This document shows, in pieces, positions 1 through 8,064 of a stretch of 33,480 nt of DNA. The translations under genes and the position numbers were made by a program. Under the pieces are notes generated by a model. That model was not told the origin of the DNA. It searched no databases and saw nothing but the letters and a program-made list of their open reading frames with translations. The number at the start of each line of letters is the position of its first letter. Position 1 is the stretch's first letter. The stretch lies in the IMG/VR virus record IMGVR_UViG_3300028591_000144. One strand, written 5' to 3'. This DNA comes from a virus.

Positions 1-160
1 GTCCTTTTCTCTCTGTTCTTTTTTTTTTTTTGTTGGGGGGGGGGGGGGGGGGGGAGTTACACCTGAGAGTGCCGCACTACTCTTCTATCGGGAGGATTCA
101 GAGTCTCGGCGCGCAGCCAGAGAGGGCGCCCCGGACAAACGTCCCCGTAGTCTAGTCTGT
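1..160. other. GC-rich terminal segment with T13 (19-31) and G20 (35-54) homopolymers
   Basis: Homopolymer runs and about 60 percent GC read directly. Unlike the rest of the window. Possible contig end or two-colour poly-G artefact, or a genome terminus. Confidence 0.5.
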
Positions 161-200
161 CCCTGCTGGGATGGGTTGGGCCGCAATATTCCGAATTTAA
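158..200 (+). repeat. Module-A G-triplet box copy 1 (CCTGCTGGGATGGGTTGGGCCGCAA)
   Basis: Member of a 12-copy family CNGTGCTGGGWWGGGNTGGGNNGCAA. Confidence 0.7.
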
Positions 201-421
201 CAAAACAAAACATAACGAAAAAACGACAAGCGGAAGTGTATAACATTGTCCAGAACTATTCTTTCCCGAAAGAAAAAGGCATGTCGTGAGAAGCCCCTAA
301 AATAGGGGCTTTTTTTGATATACGAAAAAAAATATTGCTAAAAAATTTTTTTTGATTTATAAAGAAATCACAACAGCAGAGCAAACAAAAAATCTTTCGA
401 CTCTGCAAGAAAGGAAAGAAA

Positions 422-622
422 ATGAAAGCAATGAAAGTAAGAGTATGCGTGCAGGCATATGACCCTGCATGGTATGAGGAAGAAGTTGTCCTTGTGCATG
501 AATACAATGGCATGGACGTCAAAAGCGTCCTGCATGGCATTGAAGAATATCGCCGTGCGCAAGGTGACGGCGAAGGCGGTGTGGTGTTCGTTACCGCCTT
601 CGTAGAAAAGGGGGAAGAATAA
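422..622 (+). CDS. hypothetical small protein (66 aa)
   Basis: ORF track. SD AAAGGAAAG upstream. Follows a module-A leader hairpin gcagag/ctctgc. Confidence 0.55.
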   Translation: MKAMKVRVCVQAYDPAWYEEEVVLVHEYNGMDVKSVLHGIEEYRRAQGDGEGGVVFVTAFVEKGEE

Positions 623-826
623 ATGATAGTATTCTTTGCAATCGCTTTTGCAATAGTGAGCATTGTGTTCGCTATTGTGAGCGTGACAACAGCTACCTTG
701 ACCATTCAGATTGACGGCGAACGCACCGCCGTCTTTTACGGATGGAAAAGTTTCTGCTGGTACCGCAAGAACTGCGGTACAAAGCGGACACGCTACAGGT
801 TAATCAAAATTGAGGGGCTCTTTTGA
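623..826 (+). CDS. hypothetical protein with hydrophobic N-terminus (67 aa)
   Basis: ORF track. Start overlaps previous stop (TAAATG). Followed by terminator. Confidence 0.5.
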   Translation: MIVFFAIAFAIVSIVFAIVSVTTATLTIQIDGERTAVFYGWKSFCWYRKNCGTKRTRYRLIKIEGLF

Positions 827-839
827 GTCCCTCAGAACA

Positions 840-873
840 GACCTCGGAGAGAAAACTCCGAGGTCTTTTTTTT
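840..873 (+). terminator. rho-independent terminator
   Basis: gacctcggag-agaaaa-ctccgaggtc followed by T8. Confidence 0.8.
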
Positions 874-907
874 GCCTTACGATACCCCGACATAGCAAAT
901 CTATTCG

Positions 908-950
908 CCTGTCCCTGCTGGGATGGGTTGGGCCGCAATGCCTGCTGATT
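908..950 (+). repeat. Module-A G-triplet box copy 2
   Basis: gtccctgctgggatgggttgggccgcaatg. Confidence 0.7.
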
Positions 951-1043
951 TCAGTTACAAAAGTATTACGAAAAAAACAAAATCCTGGGCAACAAAAGCA
1001 AGTTGTGACTGTCAATTCCCGAAAGAAAAGAGTATGCCGCCAA

Positions 1044-1069
1044 AAGCCCCTAAAATAGGGGCTTTTTTT
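1044..1069 (+). terminator. module-A internal hairpin agcccct-aaaat-aggggct + T7
   Basis: Perfect 7-bp stem plus T-run, immediately upstream of the module promoter. Equivalent hairpin in every module-A copy. Confidence 0.6.
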
Positions 1070-1087
1070 AATATGTTGAAAAAAATA

Positions 1088-1116
1088 TTGCAAAAAAAAT
1101 TTTTTTGATATAAGTT
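1088..1116 (+). promoter_or_regulatory. module-A promoter TTGCAA-17-TAAGTT
   Basis: atattgcaaaaaaaatttttttgatataagtt. Same ATATTGCAA -35 context as second-half promoters. Hexamers read from sequence. Confidence 0.5.
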
Positions 1117-1206
1117 GTGATTGTCCTCAGCGAGAAACAAAAAAAACGGCACGCACCACCGCAAGGGCGTGAAACTCCGTAGGCTGTAGGACAGGAAGGA
1201 AAAACC
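1117..1206 (+). promoter_or_regulatory. conserved structured 5' leader (nested hairpins gtcctcagc/gctgtaggac and cacgc/gcgtg)
   Basis: Identical about 90-nt leader at 1117-1206, 3352-3442 and 5383-5461. Covarying variants elsewhere. Confidence 0.55.
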
Positions 1207-1599
1207 ATGAAGATCGAGAATTACAATCACTACAGCAGAAAGCAGGTCAACTATGGCCTGTGTGCAGGCCGTCACGATATGCCGGTTGATGAGTGCATCT
1301 TTGAGGATACACTTGATCCGACAGATTTTGACGGAATGACCCGTGTGGCCGCACGGGAATTGAAGCAGTACCGCGGCCGCAATATCCATCTGGTGGTGTA
1401 TGCCACCGGATTGACGGCCGCAATGATTGCGGTCATCAACGTTTGCGCCGCATGGCGCATTGACCTTACGGTCATGCACTATGACCGTGCAACGGGGGGC
1501 TATCTCCCCCAAACGGTCATTGAAAGGCCGTACTGCGTGTACTGCGGGGCTGAGTACCCGCTGAACGCGCAGGAATGCCCGGAGTGTCAGGCCACCTGA
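1207..1599 (+). CDS. hypothetical protein, C-terminal CxxC...CxxC zinc ribbon (130 aa), about 55 percent GC
   Basis: ORF track. SD GGAAGGAAAAACC. Motifs CVYC and CPEC at C-terminus. Confidence 0.65.
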   Translation: MKIENYNHYSRKQVNYGLCAGRHDMPVDECIFEDTLDPTDFDGMTRVAARELKQYRGRNIHLVVYATGLTAAMIAVINVCAAWRIDLTVMHYDRATGGYLPQTVIERPYCVYCGAEYPLNAQECPECQAT

Positions 1600-1610
1600 C
1601 ACTCCACAAA

Positions 1611-1637
1611 GGTAGACGGAACGCCTTAAAGACTCCG
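1611..1637 (+). promoter_or_regulatory. 27-nt intercistronic box B copy 1 (GGTAGACGGAACGCCTTAAAGACTCCG)
   Basis: Exact 27-mer directly after the stop codon and before the next SD. 12 copies in the window. Confidence 0.75.
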
Positions 1638-1662
1638 AAACATTTATATAGGAGGAAGAAAA

Positions 1663-1980
1663 ATGATGATTAAGACTTTCACGGGAGCGATTATCGCTTC
1701 TGTGAGCAGCCAAAATGAATGGGAGCGCAACCGGCTCCCGTTCATCGTGGAGTACCGCACTCAGGGCGTGCGAATTCTTCACGGGGCCGATAGCATGGAG
1801 CTGGCTCTGTACTGGGCTCGCTTCAATGCTGAAGCCCACGCCGCAAATGCGGCACCCGCGGCAACACTGTTCATTTATGAACAGAACCGCGGGAAAGACA
1901 AGCGGTTCAACCGCTGGTTGGTTGGTGCCGTCATGTATGATGGCGAAACGGTCAGCCAGTGGGTCGAGGGTCAGGAATAA
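1663..1980 (+). CDS. hypothetical protein (105 aa)
   Basis: ORF track. SD TAGGAGGAAG. Confidence 0.65.
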   Translation: MMIKTFTGAIIASVSSQNEWERNRLPFIVEYRTQGVRILHGADSMELALYWARFNAEAHAANAAPAATLFIYEQNRGKDKRFNRWLVGAVMYDGETVSQWVEGQE

Positions 1981-2002
1981 CATCCTGACCCTCTTTTTTT
2001 TT
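1965..2002 (+). terminator. rho-independent terminator
   Basis: gagggtcagga-ataaca-tcctgaccctc + T9. Confidence 0.85.
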
Positions 2003-2043
2003 GCCTTACGGCAAACCACGACTCACACAGCAAATCTATTCGC

Positions 2044-2085
2044 CTGCCCCTGCTGGGATGGGTCGGGCCGCAAGGAACGAATTTT
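2044..2085 (+). repeat. Module-A G-triplet box copy 3
   Basis: ctgcccctgctgggatgggtcgggccgcaagg. Confidence 0.7.
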
Positions 2086-2296
2086 ACAAAACAAAAGTAA
2101 CCGAAAAAACACAAAACAAAAGTGACAAAGCCAAGAGAGAAAGAAAAAATCCTGATAGTCGCATGCCACGTGCGCAAACCCCCTGTATTTACTGGACTTT
2201 TCAAGATATACGAAAAAAAATATTGAAAAAAAAATATTTTTGATATATAAAAGAATCACAACAGGCAAAAAGAAAAAACAGAAAGGGGAATGAAAT

Positions 2297-2686
2297 ATGA
2301 CTAACTGGCATGAAGTCCAGCAAGACTGGATAGGATATGAAATCAAAGATACTGATATCCCTATCCATGATTGGTGGGACCACGAAGACAGGACAACATA
2401 CATATATTGTCACGTGGCCCTCGGGACAGTTGTCTTTGTTGCTCCGGACCGTTACGGCAATGAAGACATTGCCACAGTGTTCACAAACACCGGTATAATC
2501 GGGGTTGTGAACGTCAAGACGTACAGGTTCTTGACAATGTACGTCACGTCTCAAAGTAAGCTGTTAGATGCTTACACGAGAGCACGTGGCAAGGGGAATG
2601 AACTCCCATTACCGCAAGAAACTCTTTTAGCGGTAAGAGAGTTATACAAGAATCCTGAGGCTCGAGTTAGATTGGAAATGACCTGA
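2297..2686 (+). CDS. hypothetical protein (129 aa)
   Basis: ORF track. SD AAAGGGGAATGAAAT. Confidence 0.6.
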   Translation: MTNWHEVQQDWIGYEIKDTDIPIHDWWDHEDRTTYIYCHVALGTVVFVAPDRYGNEDIATVFTNTGIIGVVNVKTYRFLTMYVTSQSKLLDAYTRARGKGNELPLPQETLLAVRELYKNPEARVRLEMT

Positions 2687-2696
2687 GCTTCGCCCC

Positions 2697-2718
2697 AAGG
2701 GGACGGGGTAAAGTCCCC
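2697..2718 (+). promoter_or_regulatory. intercistronic hairpin ggggac-GGGGTAAA-gtcccc
   Basis: Stem-loop with the GGGGTAAA loop also found at 4553-4572 and 5839-5858. Confidence 0.45.
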
Positions 2719-2747
2719 ACTAAATAACAAAGAAAGGATATGAAAAC

Positions 2748-2933
2748 ATGGCTGAAAAACCCACCCTGTATTTCGTTATGTGCTTGGAATACAAGCACAA
2801 AGATGGAACCATCACAAAGGATATGACCCTTGCGATGGTCAATGACGAAGAGTTGGCGAACAAGAATGCGCTTCTCTGGCAGAATGAACCGGAGTGCATT
2901 GGCGACATTGTTGTCCGCCCAGTAAAGTCTTAA
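2748..2933 (+). CDS. hypothetical protein (61 aa)
   Basis: ORF track. SD AAAGGAT. Confidence 0.55.
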   Translation: MAEKPTLYFVMCLEYKHKDGTITKDMTLAMVNDEELANKNALLWQNEPECIGDIVVRPVKS

Positions 2934-2941
2934 ACACTGAA

Positions 2942-2968
2942 GGTAGACGGAACGCCTTAAAGACTCCG
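2942..2968 (+). promoter_or_regulatory. box B copy 2
   Basis: Exact 27-mer. Confidence 0.75.
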
Positions 2969-2995
2969 ATACTTTAAAAGAAAGGAGAACGAAAA

Positions 2996-3079
2996 ATGCA
3001 AACTGTTATCGCAATTGCCGCGATTATTATCGCAAGTATCATCTTCTGCATCGCACATCTCTACAACATGATGCAATAA
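2996..3079 (+). CDS. small hydrophobic peptide (27 aa, MQTVIAIAAIIIASIIFCIAHLYNMMQ)
   Basis: SD AAAGGAGAA 8 nt upstream. Single predicted TM helix. Followed by hairpin. Confidence 0.5.
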   Translation: MQTVIAIAAIIIASIIFCIAHLYNMMQ

Positions 3080-3146
3080 GACCCACTGGGCCTCTTGGAA
3101 AGAGAATCCAAGAGGCCCAAAGAAAAACAAAAGTACTATACTTCGA

Positions 3147-3190
3147 TGCGCCGTGCTGGGTAGGGCTGGGTCGCAAATATCGAATTTAAC
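3147..3190 (+). repeat. Module-A G-triplet box copy 4
   Basis: gcgccgtgctgggtagggctgggtcgcaaatatcgaattt. Confidence 0.7.
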
Positions 3191-3442
3191 AAATAACAAA
3201 TAAGCGAAAAAGACAAAAACAAATTAAGCTAATCCAAAAGAGGAAAGAAAATTCCTATAATTAAAATGCTAGGCGCAAAGAGCCCCTATTTATTGGGGTT
3301 TTCAAGATATACGAAAAAAATATTGCAAAAAAAATTTTTTTGATATAAGTTGTAATTGTCCTCAGCAAGAAACAAAAAAACGGCACGCACCACCGCAAGG
3401 GCGTGAAACTCCGTAGGCTGTAGGACAGAAAGGAAGTACACC

Positions 3443-3709
3443 ATGATTACTATTTTAATTTGGCTCTGCAATGTCCTCGATAAGAGCTTACTGGTACACA
3501 ACTCCAATGTATCTGTCATGATCCCGACAAGCATTGGCATTTGTGAGGTTCGTCTGGACGCCTGGGTTGATTCCCTTGGCGCTACGCAAGAGCGCCTTTG
3601 GGTAATCTTTGATTATCTGGACGGGTCCGATGCGGATACCGCCAGCTTCACTAATAGAAATGTTGCAAAAGCATTCATTAGTGAATTACTCGAAATCGCA
3701 AATCACTAA
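3443..3709 (+). CDS. hypothetical protein (88 aa)
   Basis: ORF track. Conserved leader plus SD AAAGGAAG. Confidence 0.6.
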   Translation: MITILIWLCNVLDKSLLVHNSNVSVMIPTSIGICEVRLDAWVDSLGATQERLWVIFDYLDGSDADTASFTNRNVAKAFISELLEIANH

Positions 3710-3769
3710 ACTCAATAACGGGGTTGAACTTCTCTAAGAGGTTCAACCTCCATAAAAAGGAGATGTGAT

Positions 3770-4060
3770 ATGAAATATTTTATCCTCGGCGTCCAAGGTA
3801 ATCCAAAACATGGTATCGCCTATTCTGTATACACTTACCGCCGCGCGATGGAGCCGGCAAAAGCTAAAATTGAATGGGATAAGGTAAAAAATCGCAAAGA
3901 TGGCCGAGTAAAGTGCTATCTTGTTCCTGAAGATAAGATTGATCAATTCTATGAAAAAGTAGCTGAGATTAATCAGCGTATGCATAAAGAGTTAGAAACT
4001 CGTAAACGTGGTATAGAACTTCATAACTACGCTATAATGATGTACAATAATATGACCTGA
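3770..4060 (+). CDS. hypothetical basic protein (96 aa)
   Basis: ORF track. SD AAAGGAGATG. Preceded by intercistronic hairpin ggttgaac/gttcaacc. Confidence 0.65.
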   Translation: MKYFILGVQGNPKHGIAYSVYTYRRAMEPAKAKIEWDKVKNRKDGRVKCYLVPEDKIDQFYEKVAEINQRMHKELETRKRGIELHNYAIMMYNNMT

Positions 4061-4090
4061 GAGAGCACATCCCTCAGGTCATATTCCTTC

Positions 4091-4130
4091 GCACCGTGCT
4101 GGGAAGGGTGGGGTCACAAAACTCCGAATT
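4091..4130 (+). repeat. Module-A G-triplet box copy 5
   Basis: gcaccgtgctgggaagggtggggtcacaaaactccgaatt. Confidence 0.7.
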
Positions 4131-4354
4131 CAATAAAACAAAGATACGGTAAAAATACAAAAACAAAAGTTATTAATCTTTGATATAACTGAAAATTCCT
4201 ATATCTCTTTATATCCTTCTCAAACCCCTTGTATTTACTGGGCTTTTCAAGATCTTAAAAAAAAAATATTGCAAAAAAAATATTTTTAATATAAGTTGAA
4301 ATCGTACTCAGCCACAAACAAAAAAATTGCTGAGACAGAAAGTGAGATTCCAGC

Positions 4355-4540
4355 ATGGTTACTATCTATCTTTTCACCGCAGACACCAAGCAGGTCGGTA
4401 TCTATGAGCACTTTCAGGACGTAGGAAGTGCGTTTGACTTCGTCCGTGTTAAGTTCCTGCGGATGCTTCCCGGAGCTTTTGCCTGGCTCGTTTCTGAGGA
4501 TACTGGCGAGCTCCTCAAGGAAATCGACCTCAAGGCCTAA
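4355..4540 (+). CDS. hypothetical protein (61 aa)
   Basis: ORF track. Weak SD. Leader hairpin actcagc/gctgaga. Confidence 0.45.
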   Translation: MVTIYLFTADTKQVGIYEHFQDVGSAFDFVRVKFLRMLPGAFAWLVSEDTGELLKEIDLKA

Positions 4541-4552
4541 TCCTAAGCCCTG

Positions 4553-4572
4553 CCGGCGGGGTAAAACACCGG
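4553..4572 (+). promoter_or_regulatory. intercistronic hairpin ccgg-CGGGGTAAAACA-ccgg (box P)
   Basis: Same box precedes the paralog at 5898. Confidence 0.45.
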
Positions 4573-4612
4573 CAAAATCTAATAAATATTTTTAAAAAGG
4601 AGTTTAAACATT

Positions 4613-4837
4613 ATGGCAAAACGTAGAGTCTATTTCGAATCCGGCGAAATCGTTGAAGCAACTTGCGGCAAGAGCCAATTCAAGCAGATCATCAAGACCC
4701 ATTCTGAACCTGGCATGCGGATGTGGTTCCGGGACTGCCCTGAGTGGCGTCAAACCTATACGAATTGGAATAAGTGGTTCTTTGGATACTGGAAAAACGA
4801 GGACGGAATCCTCTGCCTCCAGAGATTCAAAAAATAA
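4613..4837 (+). CDS. hypothetical protein (74 aa), paralog of 5898-6122
   Basis: ORF track. SD AAAGGAG. Confidence 0.65.
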   Translation: MAKRRVYFESGEIVEATCGKSQFKQIIKTHSEPGMRMWFRDCPEWRQTYTNWNKWFFGYWKNEDGILCLQRFKK

Positions 4838-4847
4838 CTTAAAGATA

Positions 4848-4874
4848 GGTAGACGGAACGCCTTAAAGACTCCG
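4848..4874 (+). promoter_or_regulatory. box B copy 3
   Basis: Exact 27-mer. Confidence 0.75.
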
Positions 4875-4902
4875 TAATTTTAAAATAAAAAGAGGTGAAA
4901 AT

Positions 4903-5121
4903 ATGACTCTGAAAGAGATGGATCTTATTGCAATAGCAATGGACGATCCTAACTATAAATTTAAAACTGTAGGTACTCCATTAATTTTAAGATACAATAG
5001 CTATGGAGATACTACAAAGGTATATCATACTAATGATATACAAAGTGCAATAAAAGATTTCCGTATGACAACTTACAGTATTCAATATGGTACTCATCGA
5101 GGATATAGAGGGCTTATTTAA
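4903..5121 (+). CDS. hypothetical protein (72 aa), AT-rich
   Basis: ORF track. SD AAGAGGTGA. Confidence 0.6.
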   Translation: MTLKEMDLIAIAMDDPNYKFKTVGTPLILRYNSYGDTTKVYHTNDIQSAIKDFRMTTYSIQYGTHRGYRGLI

Positions 5122-5141
5122 GCCCTCTATTTTCTTCTTTT
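5108..5141 (+). terminator. rho-independent terminator
   Basis: agagggcttatttaagccctct followed by T-rich run. Confidence 0.7.
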
Positions 5142-5167
5142 GGTATAATACTTATATATATTTTTAA

Positions 5168-5212
5168 CGCACAGTGCTGGGTAGGGATGGGTCGCAAATA
5201 TCGAATTTGACA
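5168..5212 (+). repeat. Module-A G-triplet box copy 6
   Basis: cgcacagtgctgggtagggatgggtcgcaaatatcgaattt. Confidence 0.7.
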
Positions 5213-5461
5213 AAATAAAAATAACGCAAAAATACAAAAACAAAACTGATTAAACCAAAAGAAGAAGAAAAAATCCTATAATTTTTGATTAACTTGCATG
5301 AAGCCCCTAAATGCAAGGTTTTTAAAGATTTTTCAAAAAAAATATTGCAAAAAAAATTTTTTTGATATAAGTTGTAATTGTCCTCAGCAAGAAACAAAAA
5401 AAACGGCACGCACCGCAAGGGCGTGAAACTCCGTAGGCTGTAGGATAGAAAGGATTCCACT

Positions 5462-5827
5462 ATGTTGTACTACGCTTTTATTAATCTCTCTGACTCCTGC
5501 GTTATCCGCCTGCCGGATACTTATTCCAGCGTCATTTCCGCTTGCGGGGCTATTAACCGCTTTATTGATGCCAATGACAAGATTCACAGCGCCCTTGTCG
5601 TTAGCAAGACTGATGTGAAAGTCATGGTGGCTATGGACAGTGACGGCGGTCTTCTGATTGATCACATTCCTGCTGAAGAGTGGGAAACCCACTCTGTTGA
5701 AGAGTTCTATGGCGCACAAAAGACCATTCGAAAGGTAGGTGATACAATGTTCGGTTGCTATTATGAGGGCGATGTGTGCATTGCCCTTGTGAATCTCCAG
5801 ACTGGTGAGTATATCCCCGTGGAGTAA
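5462..5827 (+). CDS. hypothetical protein (121 aa)
   Basis: ORF track. Conserved leader. Confidence 0.6.
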   Translation: MLYYAFINLSDSCVIRLPDTYSSVISACGAINRFIDANDKIHSALVVSKTDVKVMVAMDSDGGLLIDHIPAEEWETHSVEEFYGAQKTIRKVGDTMFGCYYEGDVCIALVNLQTGEYIPVE

Positions 5828-5897
5828 TCCACAGCCCTGCCGGTGGGGCAAAACACCGGCACAATATAAAAAAAATTTTTTTGAAAGGAAGCAAAAA

Positions 5898-6122
5898 ATG
5901 AAAAAACGTAGAGTTTATTTCGAAGATGGTGAAATCGTTGAAGTAATGAGCGGGAAAGCTCACTTCAAAAGAGTGGTAAAAAATCATTCTGAACCCGACA
6001 TGCGGATGTGGTTCCGGGACTGCCCTGAGTGACGTCGAGCTCACGCAAACTGCGATAAGTGGCTCTTTGGATACTGGAAAAATGATGATGGAATCCTCTG
6101 CATCCAGAGATTCAAAAAATAA
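5898..6122 (+). pseudogene. paralog of 4613-4837 interrupted by in-frame TGA at 6030-6032
   Basis: The TGA sits at a codon that is TGG (Trp) in the paralog. The downstream 29 codons remain in frame and conserved (KW-FGYWKN-DGILC-QRFKK). Indicates recent nonsense mutation or programmed readthrough. Confidence 0.6.
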
Positions 6123-6131
6123 ATCTTGCGA

Positions 6132-6158
6132 GGTAGCCGGAACGCCTTAAAGACTCCG
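6132..6158 (+). promoter_or_regulatory. box B copy 4 (GGTAGCCGG variant)
   Basis: One substitution relative to consensus. Confidence 0.7.
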
Positions 6159-6194
6159 TAATATTTAAAAATTTAAAAAAAGGAGATTATTACT

Positions 6195-6359
6195 ATGATT
6201 CTAAAAGTTAATCCTGCTGAGATCTATGAAGATCTCAAAGTCGTAAAGGCTAAAATGGACGAATTTCTTCCTGGGACCTGGGAAGCGCACTATCTCCAGC
6301 GCTGGGCTGAAGCTCTCGAATTTCTTGAAGATGCCTATGGCGCACAGGAGGAGTGGTAA
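6195..6359 (+). CDS. hypothetical protein (54 aa, MILKVNPAEIYEDLKV...)
   Basis: Manual ORF, below track cutoff. SD AAAGGAGATT. Confidence 0.55.
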   Translation: MILKVNPAEIYEDLKVVKAKMDEFLPGTWEAHYLQRWAEALEFLEDAYGAQEEW

Positions 6360-6370
6360 AACACTCCTCG

Positions 6371-6397
6371 GGTAGACGGAACGCCTAAAAGACTCCG
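6371..6397 (+). promoter_or_regulatory. box B copy 5 (CCTAAAAG variant)
   Basis: One substitution relative to consensus. Confidence 0.7.
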
Positions 6398-6424
6398 AAT
6401 AATAAAAATAAAAGGAGATAGTGG

Positions 6425-6472
6425 ATGTTAACTATTATCATCTTCATGATTCTTGGATCGTTATTTGACTAA
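6425..6472 (+). CDS. tiny hydrophobic peptide MLTIIIFMILGSLFD (15 aa)
   Basis: SD AAGGAGATAG. Conserved in 3 copies (also 10447 and 12094), each followed by a terminator. Confidence 0.55.
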   Translation: MLTIIIFMILGSLFD

Positions 6473-6477
6473 TAATT

Positions 6478-6510
6478 AAAGGAAGGGTAAATCCCTTCCT
6501 TTTTTTTTTG
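6478..6510 (+). terminator. rho-independent terminator
   Basis: ggaagggtaaatcccttcc + T10. Confidence 0.85.
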
Positions 6511-6548
6511 ATAAATGAAAATCTACAATATTACTTTATATATTTCAA

Positions 6549-6590
6549 CCGCACGTGCTGGGTAGGGCTGGGCAGCAAAAGCCGAGTTTT
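6549..6590 (+). repeat. Module-A G-triplet box copy 7 (canonical CCGCACGTGCTGGGTAGGGCTGGGCAGCAAAAGCCGAG)
   Basis: Identical to copies 8 and 9. Confidence 0.75.
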
Positions 6591-6860
6591 CAATAATAAA
6601 AGTAAGCAAAAAACACAAAAACAAAAGCGATAATCCCAAGAGTAAAGATAAAATTCCTATAATTAAAACGCTCTGTATAAAAAGCCCTTATTTATTGGGC
6701 TTTTCAACATATGCTAAAAAAAATATTGCAAAAAAAATTTTTTTGATATAAGTTGTGATTGTCAGCGAGAAAACCGTTGTTAACATAGCAAGCAAGTAAG
6801 CAGACAAGTTGTGGTTTAATCAGTATTAAAAATTATTATTGAAAGGATTTTTTCCGCACT

Positions 6861-7328
6861 ATGAAAATTACTTCTATCTCTCAACTTATTGAAGCTCTGT
6901 ATGCTATCCTTGCGATTCTTGACTCTATCTTTCGTGACCCCGTAGATACTGAAGCCATTAGCGATTACGTATACGAAAACGTCTTGGAAGCTTTGCGTAA
7001 ACAGCGCAAACAGTATATTTATACTGAATCTCCTTATCAGGTTATAGAGGATTTTGATGCTGATGATAGCAATAGCATTAAAATTGATGGCAAAAGACAT
7101 TTCTTCCCTGCCTATTATCAAGAGCAACTTCATTTCCTGAATTGGTTTTACTCAGATAAACGGCACTATGAATTTGATCAGGATATTCGAAAAGCAGAGA
7201 ACATCTCTAAAGATGTTGACGAATGTCTTGAAGCTCTTAACCGTGTAATTGCTGGCGACTTAAATGATGAGATTTATGAAATCATTGGCAAGTTAAACGA
7301 CTTGCGAGATAAATATAATCTCAAATAA
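6861..7328 (+). CDS. hypothetical protein (155 aa)
   Basis: ORF track. SD GAAAGGAT. Confidence 0.65.
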   Translation: MKITSISQLIEALYAILAILDSIFRDPVDTEAISDYVYENVLEALRKQRKQYIYTESPYQVIEDFDADDSNSIKIDGKRHFFPAYYQEQLHFLNWFYSDKRHYEFDQDIRKAENISKDVDECLEALNRVIAGDLNDEIYEIIGKLNDLRDKYNLK

Positions 7329-7336
7329 TTGCTAAA

Positions 7337-7363
7337 GGTAGACGGAACGCCTTAAAGACTCCG
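7337..7363 (+). promoter_or_regulatory. box B copy 6
   Basis: Exact 27-mer. Confidence 0.75.
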
Positions 7364-7402
7364 CAACTTATAAAATACATTTTTGAAAGGACTTTTCTCA
7401 TC

Positions 7403-7726
7403 ATGTTTGAAAACATCAATAAGCACTCCGCTGGTTTCTTCGCTGTTGACATCGCTAATCTTGCCACTAAAGTGGGGGCCTTGTATGAAACTGCCAAAGC
7501 CCATTATGATGAAGTGTACACCGCCCATCCCGATGACTCCGATGATGAAGCCTTTGACCTTTGGTACGATGAGCAGGATGAAGCTTTTGAGTCTTATGAA
7601 ACCTTTTCTCAGCTTGTAGACTTGATCGATGATATCAAAGAGTTGAATGTCGACAGCTGGGAAGAGCTTAGTGCAAAACTCGATCTTCTGGCTGACGCTG
7701 TCGAAAGCTTAGGTTTAGACGATTAA
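7403..7726 (+). CDS. highly acidic small protein (107 aa), DNA-mimic-like composition
   Basis: ORF track. SD GAAAGGAC. D/E-rich. Confidence 0.65.
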   Translation: MFENINKHSAGFFAVDIANLATKVGALYETAKAHYDEVYTAHPDDSDDEAFDLWYDEQDEAFESYETFSQLVDLIDDIKELNVDSWEELSAKLDLLADAVESLGLDD

Positions 7727-7734
7727 CTCTAACA

Positions 7735-7761
7735 GGTAGACGGAACGCCTTAAAGACTCCG
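7735..7761 (+). promoter_or_regulatory. box B copy 7
   Basis: Exact 27-mer. Confidence 0.75.
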
Positions 7762-7800
7762 CAATTTTATAAAATACATTTTTGAAAGGATTCTCTTATT

Positions 7801-7989
7801 ATGACAACTAAAACTTTTATCTTTATTGTAGGCGATCATGAATTCATTAGCAATGAGCCTTTTGGCCCTATGTTTAAAGAGGCTCGCCAGCTTGCTAATG
7901 ACCTCAGTCTTCCTCTTTATAGAAAGAAGATTGAAGAATCTTTAGATGAATACCATCCCCAGTCAGGCTTCTTTACTGCCGTAAAATAG
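7801..7989 (+). CDS. hypothetical protein (62 aa)
   Basis: ORF track. SD GAAAGGAT. Confidence 0.6.
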   Translation: MTTKTFIFIVGDHEFISNEPFGPMFKEARQLANDLSLPLYRKKIEESLDEYHPQSGFFTAVK

Positions 7990-7998
7990 AGAACTAAA

Positions 7999-8025
7999 GG
8001 TAGCCGGAACGCCTTAAAGACTCCG
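7999..8025 (+). promoter_or_regulatory. box B copy 8 (GGTAGCCGG variant)
   Basis: One substitution relative to consensus. Confidence 0.7.
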
Positions 8026-8064
8026 CAATTTTATAAAATACATTTTTGAAAGGAAGTAAACAAA

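Noticed and set aside
35-54. G20 homopolymer as a genuine phase-variation tract
   Set aside because: Its position at the very start of the window next to T13 is more consistent with a contig-end sequencing artefact. It is kept as a low-interest finding rather than a feature call.
1012-2019. 335-aa minus-strand ORF (largest in the track)
   Set aside because: It spans two well-supported + strand genes (each with SD) plus the conserved intergenic module and terminator. It is open only because this stretch is GC-rich. It has no SD or promoter on the minus strand.
3088-3118. Hairpin gggcctcttgg/ccaagaggccc after the 27-aa peptide as a rho-independent terminator
   Set aside because: No U-tract follows on the + strand (an A-run follows) and no T-run precedes on the minus strand. 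It is kept only as an unexplained stem-loop.
5384-5851. Minus-strand ORFs of 100-190 aa (5384-5851, 8014-8418, 8470-8907, 8972-9529, 29699-30280, 24178-24585, 24488-24907)
   Set aside because: All run antisense to + strand genes with SDs and cross repeated promoter/terminator modules. Several are open only through A/T-rich intergenic repeats. The whole region is transcribed rightward by about 50 promoters.
5898-6122. Genome-wide TGA=Trp (code 4) recoding as the explanation for the in-frame TGA
   Set aside because: TGA is the terminating codon of many well-defined ORFs in this window (for example 1599, 2686, 4060, 12078, 15935) with terminators right after. Only this one site shows an in-frame TGA.
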